Shown piece after piece: positions 28,578-36,766 of a stretch of DNA of 64,000 bases. How positions within the stretch are numbered: position 1 is the first letter of the stretch; each line of letters begins with the position of its first letter. Source of the DNA: a virus. The position numbers and the translations under genes are program-made. Under the pieces are notes generated by a model, which saw only the letters and a list, made by a program, of their open reading frames with translations, did no database searches and had not been told where the DNA came from. The stretch is from positions 64,001-128,000 of the IMG/VR virus record IMGVR_UViG_3300003690_003472, one strand, 5' to 3'.

Positions 28578-30566
28578 ATGGACCCGAAAAACATTAAAAA
28601 CACAAAAAATCCTAGAAATCCAGATTCAGGCCTTTATAGAAAGCTAACAAAGCTTTTTTCAGGACCATTAATTAATTATCGCTCTCAAAACACGCGACAA
28701 TTAAGAAGAAGAAGGCTCGATAAATACGCAAAAACTTTTAAAGATGTTACTGGTCAAAAGTTCGAAAGGCTAGGATATAATCCTTTTGAGAATTTTTCAT
28801 CATATATGATGGGTACTCAATCTCGATTGCAAAGATATTCTGATTTTGATCAAATGGAATTCACACCAGAAATTTCTTCTGCGATGGACATATATGCGGA
28901 TGAGATGACTACTCACACGGGTATTAAAAAAGTTTTACAAATAGAATCTCCCGATGAAGAAATAAAAGGTATATTAGACGCTTTGTTTTATAATGTTTTA
29001 AATATTGAATTTAATTTATTCGGTTGGTGCCGCACAATGTGCAAATATGGAGATTTCTTTTTATATTTAGATATCGATCCAGAGCTTGGAGTTAAACAAG
29101 TTATTGGTTTACCTACAAACGAGATTGAAAGATTAGAAGGGGAAGATAAGACTAATCCAAATTATATACAATTTCAGTGGAATTCGGGTGGTGTTACATT
29201 CGAGAATTGGCAGATGGGTCATTTTAGAATATTAGGAAATGATAAGTTTGCTCCCTATGGAACTTCTATTTTAGACGGTGCTAGAAGAATTTGGCGTCAA
29301 TTAATTCTTTTAGAGGATGCAATGATGGCTTATCGCATTGTCCGAGCGCCCGAGAGACGCGTTTTTTATGTTGACGTTGGAAACATCCCACCTCAAGATG
29401 TTGAGCAATATATGCAACGTGTCATAACTTCCATGAAAAGAAATCAATTAGTTGATGCCGATACCGGCCGCGTTGATTTGCGCTATAATCCAATGAGCGT
29501 AGAAGAAGATTATTACATTCCAGTAAGAGGAGACGTTTCTACAAAAATTGAGACCTTGCCGGGTGGAACATATACCGGCGATATTGAGGATGTGAAATAT
29601 CTAAGAGATAAGCTATTTTCTGCTTTAAAAATTCCACAGTCTTACTTGTCACGCGGAGAAGGTGGCGACGAAGATAAAGCCACATTAGCACAAAAAGACA
29701 TTCGTTTTGCTCGCACTGTCCAAAGATTACAACGCGCCGTCATTTCTGAATTACAAAAAATTGGAACCATTCACCTTTATACAATTGGCTATAGAGGAGA
29801 TGACCTTTTATCTTTTAATATTAAACTAAATAATCCATCTAAAATTTCAGAACTTCAAGAACTTGAACATTGGAATACAAAATTTAGTGTCGCCGCACAA
29901 GCGATTGAAGGGTTCTTCAGTAAGCGGTGGGTGGCTAGAAACTTATTTGATCTATCTGAAGAGGAGTTTTTACGTAATCAAAGAGAACTCTTTTATGATA
30001 AATACTTATCTCAAGAACTTGAGATGGTGGGCCAAGAAGCTATGGCAGGTGCCGCACCAGCTGCTGGTATGGGCGCCCTTGGAGGCGAAGAAATGGCAAT
30101 GCCAGAGGAGGGAGGCGAAGAAATGGCAATGCCAGAGGAGGCGCCTGCTGAAGAAGTACCCCCAGAAGGAGAAACTTCTCTTCTTGCAGCTCCGGGTCAT
30201 CGAGACGATGATGCTTGGATAAAGGCAAAAGCAGTTAAAAAAGATACATTTGGAAGACCCAAAACAACAACGAGCAAATCAAAAGGAAAGTGGTATAAAC
30301 CGGTTACAGCAGACCAACGTCAGCGCGGAGCAAGAAAAAGGAATATGCTAGCAAAAGGTTCTCATGAAACTGCCACTGCGCCCAAAAGACAAACAAGAAT
30401 GAACTTGTCAGCTGGAGCCCAGGAGCTACTTGGTTTAGGAAAGGGTATTTCTGAGAATAAAGACACTATTTATAATGAAGAAGAACATAAACTATTTGAA
30501 GTTAATTATAGAATGAAAGATTTAATAGAGGAATTGGAGCAAAACGATAATGCCAAAGTACAATAA
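28578..30566 (+). CDS. Portal protein (T4 gp20-like) with a long C-terminal extension
   Basis: TMCKYGDFFLY, LEDAMMAYRIVRAPERRVFYVDVGNIP, EEDYYIPVRG, DIEDVKYLRDKLFSALKIP and DIRFARTVQRLQ. Confidence 0.95.
   Translation: MDPKNIKNTKNPRNPDSGLYRKLTKLFSGPLINYRSQNTRQLRRRRLDKYAKTFKDVTGQKFERLGYNPFENFSSYMMGTQSRLQRYSDFDQMEFTPEISSAMDIYADEMTTHTGIKKVLQIESPDEEIKGILDALFYNVLNIEFNLFGWCRTMCKYGDFFLYLDIDPELGVKQVIGLPTNEIERLEGEDKTNPNYIQFQWNSGGVTFENWQMGHFRILGNDKFAPYGTSILDGARRIWRQLILLEDAMMAYRIVRAPERRVFYVDVGNIPPQDVEQYMQRVITSMKRNQLVDADTGRVDLRYNPMSVEEDYYIPVRGDVSTKIETLPGGTYTGDIEDVKYLRDKLFSALKIPQSYLSRGEGGDEDKATLAQKDIRFARTVQRLQRAVISELQKIGTIHLYTIGYRGDDLLSFNIKLNNPSKISELQELEHWNTKFSVAAQAIEGFFSKRWVARNLFDLSEEEFLRNQRELFYDKYLSQELEMVGQEAMAGAAPAAGMGALGGEEMAMPEEGGEEMAMPEEAPAEEVPPEGETSLLAAPGHRDDDAWIKAKAVKKDTFGRPKTTTSKSKGKWYKPVTADQRQRGARKRNMLAKGSHETATAPKRQTRMNLSAGAQELLGLGKGISENKDTIYNEEEHKLFEVNYRMKDLIEELEQNDNAKVQ
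30081..30140 (+). repeat. Perfect 2 x 30 bp tandem duplication within the portal tail
   Basis: GGAGGCGAAGAAATGGCAATGCCAGAGGAG at 30081 and 30111, encoding GGEEMAMPEE twice. Confidence 0.97.
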
Positions 30567-31371
30567 AAAAAGAAACACTGCTTTTCTTTATGAGGCTTTA
30601 GTGCGTGAGGCTGTCAAAAAATCTTTGAACAAAGAAGTAAAAAAACGTAATAAAATTATTTCAGTTTTAAAAGAATCTTTTGCACATAATACCTTTCTGG
30701 GAAAAGAGTTGATGCTTTTTAAAATTCTTTTGGAAACAAAGGGGCTATCTACTAGATCCGCCGACAAACTTATTGAAAAAGTTAAAAAAGAATATTTAAA
30801 GCTTAATACAAAAGAGATTTTTAATGAACAAAGTGCTTTAATTAAAAAAATAAATAAACAAATATCAAAAAATGTTTTTTCTAATTTTGTTCCAAACTAT
30901 AAAGATTTAGCAACCATATCTCAGATACTTAACGCAGATAGCGGTGTAAGAAATTGTATAATTTTAGAAGAAAATTTGTTAAATAAAATTACACAAAAGA
31001 CCAACTTTAAAGAAAAAAATAAAAAAAGCAAAATATCAAACCTTGTTGTAAATGGGTTTATTAAAAAATTTAATGATAAATATAGTACGAGCCTTCAAGA
31101 AAATCAAAAAGTACTTCTTAGTAAATTTATATTATCATTCATGGATAATGGTGTTGATTTTAAGGTATTTTTAAACGAAGAAATTGAATATTTGAAAAAA
31201 ACAATAAGAAATTCATATGATCTAGAAGAGCTTAAAAAAGACGACAACATGATGATTAAAATGAAAAAAGTTTTAAGCCTATTGGAAAACGCCAATACAA
31301 AACCAGTTGATAATGAATTTTTGCAACAGTTATTAAAAATACAATCTTTAGCAAAGGAGATTGAAGTCTGA
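30550..31371 (+). CDS. Hypothetical head-module protein (possible prohead core component)
   Basis: Lies between portal and protease. Helical and Lys/Glu-rich. Confidence 0.55.
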   Translation: MPKYNKKRNTAFLYEALVREAVKKSLNKEVKKRNKIISVLKESFAHNTFLGKELMLFKILLETKGLSTRSADKLIEKVKKEYLKLNTKEIFNEQSALIKKINKQISKNVFSNFVPNYKDLATISQILNADSGVRNCIILEENLLNKITQKTNFKEKNKKSKISNLVVNGFIKKFNDKYSTSLQENQKVLLSKFILSFMDNGVDFKVFLNEEIEYLKKTIRNSYDLEELKKDDNMMIKMKKVLSLLENANTKPVDNEFLQQLLKIQSLAKEIEV

Positions 31372-31961
31372 TGGTAGATTTTAATGTAAAGGTCGAGGGC
31401 CCGAAGGTTGCCCCTCTTGCGCCAGCAACCAGTTTTAAAGTTAAGATTGATAATCCCATCGATGCAAGAATAAGACTGAAGGCAAGAAAAACATTAGATG
31501 GGAATATATTGGTTTTTGACCATCCAGAAATTGATATTGTATTGTCTCCTAAAAATAAAAAAGTTTTAGCTCTTTCAAAAGATGAATATGGCGATCACGT
31601 ATATGCAACTCAATCTAGACTTTTTGAATATTTAATAAAAAATGGAGTTATAGAAGGCTCCTCAATTCGAGGAGGCAATATTTATGGCTCACTGGAGGGT
31701 ACCATTTTAGAAAGCTTTGAGCCTGATAGAGTAGATTCACTACAGGTGGTTTTATATTCAGTAGCCTCCTTTTTGATCGAAGAAAAACCTCATTATCAAG
31801 CAGTCAAGCGATATGAAATTGAATTTGAGAAAGAGCTACTTGAACCAGACGACAAAGACTCTACCGAACTTGGCGAAATACCACACGATAAACGAAAAGG
31901 CACTGTTGGTCATTACAGTGGTATGGGTACTTATGGTCTTTTCGGTTATAGTGGTTACTAA
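31371..31961 (+). CDS. Hypothetical head-module protein
   Basis: TGATG coupling to the upstream gene. No domain recognised. Confidence 0.55.
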   Translation: MVDFNVKVEGPKVAPLAPATSFKVKIDNPIDARIRLKARKTLDGNILVFDHPEIDIVLSPKNKKVLALSKDEYGDHVYATQSRLFEYLIKNGVIEGSSIRGGNIYGSLEGTILESFEPDRVDSLQVVLYSVASFLIEEKPHYQAVKRYEIEFEKELLEPDDKDSTELGEIPHDKRKGTVGHYSGMGTYGLFGYSGY

Positions 31962-31970
31962 GAGGCTTAG

Positions 31971-32300
31971 ATGGATTTAATATACTTTATATTAACAGCA
32001 TACGGCCTTACTCAAATATTAATTTTTGGTTCAATATTTAATAATATTCGCCCTTCAAGAAATTGGATGTGTGGATTTGGAAAATTATTTCATTGCCCCA
32101 TGTGTATGGGCTTTTGGGTAGGCATCTTTTTATTCGGAATTAACAAATACACTGAACTATTTACATATGACTATAATATAGCCAATGCGTTTATATTGGG
32201 TTGTTTGGCTTCTGGGTCAAGCTATTTATTAAGCGTTTTGATTAATGACTATGGGCTTAAAATAACTTATAAAGACGAAGGAGATTGTCATGTTAATTAA
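31971..32300 (+). CDS. Membrane protein, DUF1360-like
   Basis: Hydrophobic helices and the CPMCMGFWVG motif. Confidence 0.6.
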   Translation: MDLIYFILTAYGLTQILIFGSIFNNIRPSRNWMCGFGKLFHCPMCMGFWVGIFLFGINKYTELFTYDYNIANAFILGCLASGSSYLLSVLINDYGLKITYKDEGDCHVN

Positions 32301-32370
32301 AAAGTGGAAATTGCAACCGGTACGTCGTTGCTGCAGTGGCTCCAGTATCGCGCGGCTGACGGCCGCTTGA
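32290..32370 (+). CDS. Candidate 26-aa small ORF MLIKKWKLQPVRRCCSGSSIARLTAA
   Basis: SD AAGGAG at 32278 and ATG at 32290. It fills the gap before the protease gene and is absent from the ORF track. Confidence 0.5.
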   Translation: MLIKKWKLQPVRRCCSGSSIARLTAA

Positions 32371-32380
32371 GGTGGTAAAA

Positions 32381-33022
32381 ATGTCTAAAGTGCTTTTACG
32401 AGAATTTTTTGAATTAAAATGTGATGAACGTGGATGTCAAGATTTACTAACCGAAGGTGAAAAAAGATTAGTTACTGAAGGATTTTGTATTTTTCCTGCG
32501 AAACTACAGCAATGCGATGTACAGAATGGTAATGGTAGAATATATGAAAGAAGCCTTTTAGAAAGAGAAATAGATAACTATGCAAAGTTAGTTGAAGAAG
32601 GCCGCGCCATTGGTGAATGTGACCACCCAGACGATAGCGTAATTAATCTTAGAAACGCATCCCACAAAGTTATTAGAATTTGGTGGGATGGCGATGATGT
32701 TGTCGGCACAATACAGTGTTTAAAAACACCTTCAGGTGAAATCTTAAAAGGTCTTTATGATAGTGGTGTTAAATTTGGGTTTTCTTCTAGAGCGCTTGGT
32801 TCGTTGCGACCTTGCTCAGAGGGTACAGGCGCTCAAGTAGTTCAAGAAGATCTTCAATTAATTTGTTTTGATGCTGTTTCAGAACCTTCTGCTCCTAACG
32901 CCTATATTCTAAATCAACCCGGAGGAGCAATCAACATGAATGAAAATGCAGAAAAAAACTTAACAAAAATATTTACAAAAGGCGATAGGATTAATCGTGC
33001 TATAAATAGTATTTTAAGGTAA
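32381..33022 (+). CDS. Prohead core protease (T4 gp21-like)
   Basis: NGNGRIY, GECDHP, ASHKV, GFSSRALGSL (catalytic S) and FDAVSEPSAPNA. Start set at ATG 32381 from SD GAGGT. Confidence 0.93.
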   Translation: MSKVLLREFFELKCDERGCQDLLTEGEKRLVTEGFCIFPAKLQQCDVQNGNGRIYERSLLEREIDNYAKLVEEGRAIGECDHPDDSVINLRNASHKVIRIWWDGDDVVGTIQCLKTPSGEILKGLYDSGVKFGFSSRALGSLRPCSEGTGAQVVQEDLQLICFDAVSEPSAPNAYILNQPGGAINMNENAEKNLTKIFTKGDRINRAINSILR

Positions 33023-33025
33023 AAG

Positions 33026-33466
33026 ATGAAAAAAACAGATTTAAAAAAAATATTAAAACCTCTGGTAAAACAATGTGTTAAAGAGGTTTTATTAGAAGAG
33101 GGTGTTTTATCTAGTGTTGTCTCTGAGGTAGTTGTTGGCCTTTCCCCGCTGTTGGTTGAAAACAAAAACAACAGCATGAAACCAACAAATGAAATTTCCT
33201 TAAAGCAGCAAAAGCTTTTGGAACAACAAAGACAAGAACTTGAAGAAGAAAAGACGCAGACAATTAAAGAACAAAAAATAAAAATTTTAAATGCTACCGG
33301 ATTTGGAAGTGAAGTGTTCGATGGCGTAGAACCTTTAGCTTTTGCCGGAACACCAGACAGCAACCCTCCCACGAGCGCGTTAGCGGGAACTGCCCCTAGC
33401 GATGCAGGTATAGACATATCTGGTATTATAGCTTTGGGTGGCAATAGATGGAATAAATTAGTTTAA
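33026..33466 (+). CDS. Hypothetical protein with an MKK..LK.ILK..VKE.LLEE leader
   Basis: Follows the protease and precedes bS21. Central coiled coil. Confidence 0.6.
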   Translation: MKKTDLKKILKPLVKQCVKEVLLEEGVLSSVVSEVVVGLSPLLVENKNNSMKPTNEISLKQQKLLEQQRQELEEEKTQTIKEQKIKILNATGFGSEVFDGVEPLAFAGTPDSNPPTSALAGTAPSDAGIDISGIIALGGNRWNKLV

Positions 33467-33480
33467 GGAAAATAATTAAA

Positions 33481-33708
33481 ATGTCAAAAAGGCCCATTAA
33501 TGTAGAAGTAAGACCACGAGATAAAAATGAAAATATAGAACGTATGATTCGCCGTTTTACAAAAAAAGTTAAAAAAGAGCGCATTATTGAAAACTTTAGA
33601 GAGCGTATGTATTATGAAAAGGAATCCGACAAAAGAAAAAGATTAAAAGCACGACGCAAAAAAGTGTTAGATAAATTAAGGATCGAGAGAGAAAATAGAT
33701 TAAAATAA
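33481..33708 (+). CDS. rpsU: Phage-encoded ribosomal protein bS21
   Basis: VEVRPRDKNENIERMIRRFTKKVKKERIIENFRERMYYEKESDKRKR matches the bS21 pattern V.V...E..E..LRRFK......R.R.YYEKPS..RK. Confidence 0.88.
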   Translation: MSKRPINVEVRPRDKNENIERMIRRFTKKVKKERIIENFRERMYYEKESDKRKRLKARRKKVLDKLRIERENRLK

Positions 33709-33715
33709 CTATTTA
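33708..33715 (+). promoter_or_regulatory. Putative late promoter motif ACTATTTA
   Basis: Followed by SD AAGGAG (33722) and ATG 33735. Confidence 0.6.
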
Positions 33716-33734
33716 ATTAAAAAGGAGAATTAAA

Positions 33735-34148
33735 ATGGTATTCAACCCAGGACATGGTGTCGGATTAAGAAATGTAGGATCATATCAGATTTCTGGGCAC
33801 CCTTATATTACAGGCTCTTTATTGGCCACCGGCGAAGAAAAAGCAGTTATATTTCCACAGGTAACAAGAGAATTTACAGTAATCAACTCTGGAAGCACTG
33901 GCGGGGCAGGCCCAGTATTAAGAATACATTTTAATTCCACTTCATCTGGTGATGTGTATGCTGGGCATCACTATATTACACTAGAAAGCGACGATCAATC
34001 AATAACCTTCCACACTAAATGTAAAGAGCTTTATATTAGTTGTGTTGGTAATGGCGGCGGCGACAGTGGGTTTGAAGTACTTGCAAACTTAACCAACATT
34101 GGCGACAGTCATATGTATGAATTAACAGGTGCTGGCCTAACCGACTAG
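33735..34148 (+). CDS. Small virion structural protein (Ser/Gly/Thr-rich)
   Basis: Strong SD, beta-type composition and head-module location. Confidence 0.55.
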   Translation: MVFNPGHGVGLRNVGSYQISGHPYITGSLLATGEEKAVIFPQVTREFTVINSGSTGGAGPVLRIHFNSTSSGDVYAGHHYITLESDDQSITFHTKCKELYISCVGNGGGDSGFEVLANLTNIGDSHMYELTGAGLTD

Positions 34149-34163
34149 AGGAAAACAAACACT

Positions 34164-36749
34164 ATGTCAGATTTTTTTGCAGGCGATAAAACAACTAAAG
34201 GCTCAACAATTGCATCAGGCGATGCCAGCACTGTTCACCAATTTACAGGCAGTGTCCGCGTCCAAGGCCTTGTGTCATCCTCTTTGGGCATCTCGGCCAG
34301 TAGTTTTGTCGGAGATGGTTCCGGACTAACAAACCTTCCTGGAGGCGGCGGTGGATCCCCCGGCGGGTCTGATACTCAAATACAATATAATAATGGTGGA
34401 TCTTTTGGTGGTATATCCGCCCTTACTTGGGACGATACAAACATAAAGGTAGCAGACGATACAAAGCTTTTCTTTGGTACCAATAGCGATGCCTCTATAG
34501 AATACGATGAAGATGGAACCAATAGGCTAATCATTTCAGGATCCGCAGACGGTATTGAAGTTACTGGAACTCTTAATGTTAGTGACGATATTGATTGTGC
34601 GGGAGGTCTTTCAACCGGTGGCAACAATACGCTCGGCGGCTTCCTTACTACAGTTAACTCGCTCACCACTCTCATAAATGGCAACATTGAGCTTGGCAAC
34701 GGCTCCAGCGACCAACTCGATATTAATGCGAGCTTTGTTTCGGACCTCGTTCCGCTCACCACAGACATCTATGATTTAGGTACTACCGCGCTTCAGTGGG
34801 GAGATATTTATGTTGGAGACGATAAAAAGCTTTATTTTGGATCCAACCAAAGTGGCTCTATTGAGTTCACAGGGAGTACTAACACATTAATTCTTAGTTG
34901 TTCGTCAGGCCTAGACATTTCGTCTGGAGATGGCATGGACATTACTATTGCTGCTGGCGACGAGGAAGCTCTTGTACTTCAAGACGAGAGTGGTTCAAAT
35001 ATCATTACAATTGAAACCAGCGAAGGTGGCAGTGATAATGAAGTTCATTTTCATTCTATAACAGTAATAAGAGATTCACTTACATTCTCAGGAAGTGATG
35101 GCTACGAGTCTGCAATGATTGAGACTGATAATACTGGGGATTATTTAATGATTTCTGGCACTGCAGATGGTATTCAAATTACTGGTAGTATTTTTGCAGA
35201 TGATATCGATGCTGGCACTGCTGCTAGCGCAGCAAGTTACATTGCTCTTGATGCTAATAATCAATTAGTTTTAGACGAACCTGCAGGCGGCGGAGGTGGA
35301 TCTCCCGGCGGATCTGATACTCAAATACAATATAATAATGGTGGATCTTTTGGTGGTATATCCGCTTTTACTTGGGATGATACAAATATAACGATAGCAG
35401 ATGATACAAAGCTTTTCTTTGGCACCAATAGCGATGCCTCTATAGAATATGATGAAAATGGAACCAATAGGCTAATCATTTCAGGATCCGCAGCTGGTAC
35501 TGAAATTACTGGTACTCTTGGTGTTAGTGATGATGTAACAATAGATGCTTTGCTAGTAATGAAAGATTCAATTTGGTTTTCTGGTAGCGCACACGATGAT
35601 GCCGCAATAATTGAAATGACCGATGACGGGAATTCTTTAATTATTTCCGGTTCTTCAGATTTCAACGTCGGCGGCCTTGTCATAAGCGGAAGCTCTGTCG
35701 TAATGGCCCTCCTGGACGCGCCCATGGCGCCTGGTCTGCAAATGAAAGACGACGTTAAACTCAGCTTTAGCCATACAGACATGAATGCGCCATATATTAA
35801 ATATGATAGTGACGGAGAATATTTAGTTATTTCAGGATCTTCAGATGGCATTATCATAAGTGGAAGTTCTGTCACTTTTGCTCTCGAAGACGAACGGGAA
35901 ATTATACTCAAAGATGATAATATTATTGTCTGGGCCGACGATGGGCCCGCCGACGCAGAGATTGGATATGATAGTGACGAGGGCGCCCTAGTTATTTCAG
36001 GATCGGCAGGAGGATCTGGTGGTACCATTATAAGCGGAAGCCACCTTACTTTTGCTCAAGGCGGCGCGCTCACATCAAGGGTAATGGTTAAAGATGATCT
36101 TCCTCTTGTCTTTGGTGCAGGATCCGGACTCGGTGCATCCCTGATTTATTATGATAGTGGCGACGAACAGCTAATCATTTCAGGAACTGCAGAAGGTGGC
36201 CTTGAAATACAAGGGGCTGGTCTAACCATTGGAGAACTCGGTATTGCCACAAGCTTCGGCACCACGCTTCAGCTAGGCAACGAAACCTCACTCAAATATG
36301 GCGATCCAACAGGCGAACAACAAGGGGGAGATCCTTTGGATGCTAATAAAGGCACTGGCGAAGTGGTTAATTTTGGAACTGCAAGCGCGGCCCTCACCGT
36401 TGGCGCTCTCTATTATTTAAATTCAGACGGAGGCTGGGCCAGCGCATCCGCAGAGACAACCGGCTCTGGCAACAGTTCAATGCTAGGAATAGCTCTGAGC
36501 GACGGAGATCCAGGCGCCGGTGGTATCCAAATGTTGACTCGCGGATATTTTAATGCAGCTACATATCTTTCTGGAGCTTTCGCCACAGGTTCAGTTTTAT
36601 ATGTGTGTTCCACCGCTAATGGTTATATGACAGCTTCAGCACCAGACGAATCAGATAACTATGTTAGAACAGTTGGCTATGCCACGGTGGGATACTCCGG
36701 AAGTATCATATATTTTAATCCTTCAAATGATTGGGTAGAAATCGCATAA
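34164..36749 (+). CDS. Repeat-built fibre protein (probable head or tail fibre)
   Basis: About 8 degenerate DD.kL.F....a.I.yd.dg..LiISGs.dG repeats, two GGGGSPGGSDTQIQYNNGGSFGG linkers and a C-terminal domain shared with 22250. Confidence 0.7.
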   Translation: MSDFFAGDKTTKGSTIASGDASTVHQFTGSVRVQGLVSSSLGISASSFVGDGSGLTNLPGGGGGSPGGSDTQIQYNNGGSFGGISALTWDDTNIKVADDTKLFFGTNSDASIEYDEDGTNRLIISGSADGIEVTGTLNVSDDIDCAGGLSTGGNNTLGGFLTTVNSLTTLINGNIELGNGSSDQLDINASFVSDLVPLTTDIYDLGTTALQWGDIYVGDDKKLYFGSNQSGSIEFTGSTNTLILSCSSGLDISSGDGMDITIAAGDEEALVLQDESGSNIITIETSEGGSDNEVHFHSITVIRDSLTFSGSDGYESAMIETDNTGDYLMISGTADGIQITGSIFADDIDAGTAASAASYIALDANNQLVLDEPAGGGGGSPGGSDTQIQYNNGGSFGGISAFTWDDTNITIADDTKLFFGTNSDASIEYDENGTNRLIISGSAAGTEITGTLGVSDDVTIDALLVMKDSIWFSGSAHDDAAIIEMTDDGNSLIISGSSDFNVGGLVISGSSVVMALLDAPMAPGLQMKDDVKLSFSHTDMNAPYIKYDSDGEYLVISGSSDGIIISGSSVTFALEDEREIILKDDNIIVWADDGPADAEIGYDSDEGALVISGSAGGSGGTIISGSHLTFAQGGALTSRVMVKDDLPLVFGAGSGLGASLIYYDSGDEQLIISGTAEGGLEIQGAGLTIGELGIATSFGTTLQLGNETSLKYGDPTGEQQGGDPLDANKGTGEVVNFGTASAALTVGALYYLNSDGGWASASAETTGSGNSSMLGIALSDGDPGAGGIQMLTRGYFNAATYLSGAFATGSVLYVCSTANGYMTASAPDESDNYVRTVGYATVGYSGSIIYFNPSNDWVEIA
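34344..35534 (+). repeat. 246-bp direct repeat pair (34344-34589 and 35289-35534)
   Basis: Offset of 945 bp, with a 53-bp identical core at 34368-34420 and 35313-35365. Remaining differences are mostly synonymous C/T. Confidence 0.93.
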
Positions 36750-36766
36750 AGGAGGCTTAATTAATA

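Noticed and set aside
32285-32305. Frameshift extension of the DUF1360-like gene into the RRCC peptide
   Set aside because: The peptide has its own SD and ATG, and only five A's follow the stop, so there is no canonical X XXY YYZ slippery site.
34344-35534. Repeat pair as a DGR template/variable region
   Set aside because: Differences are mostly synonymous C/T rather than adenine-specific, both copies are in-frame coding, and no reverse transcriptase is present in the window.
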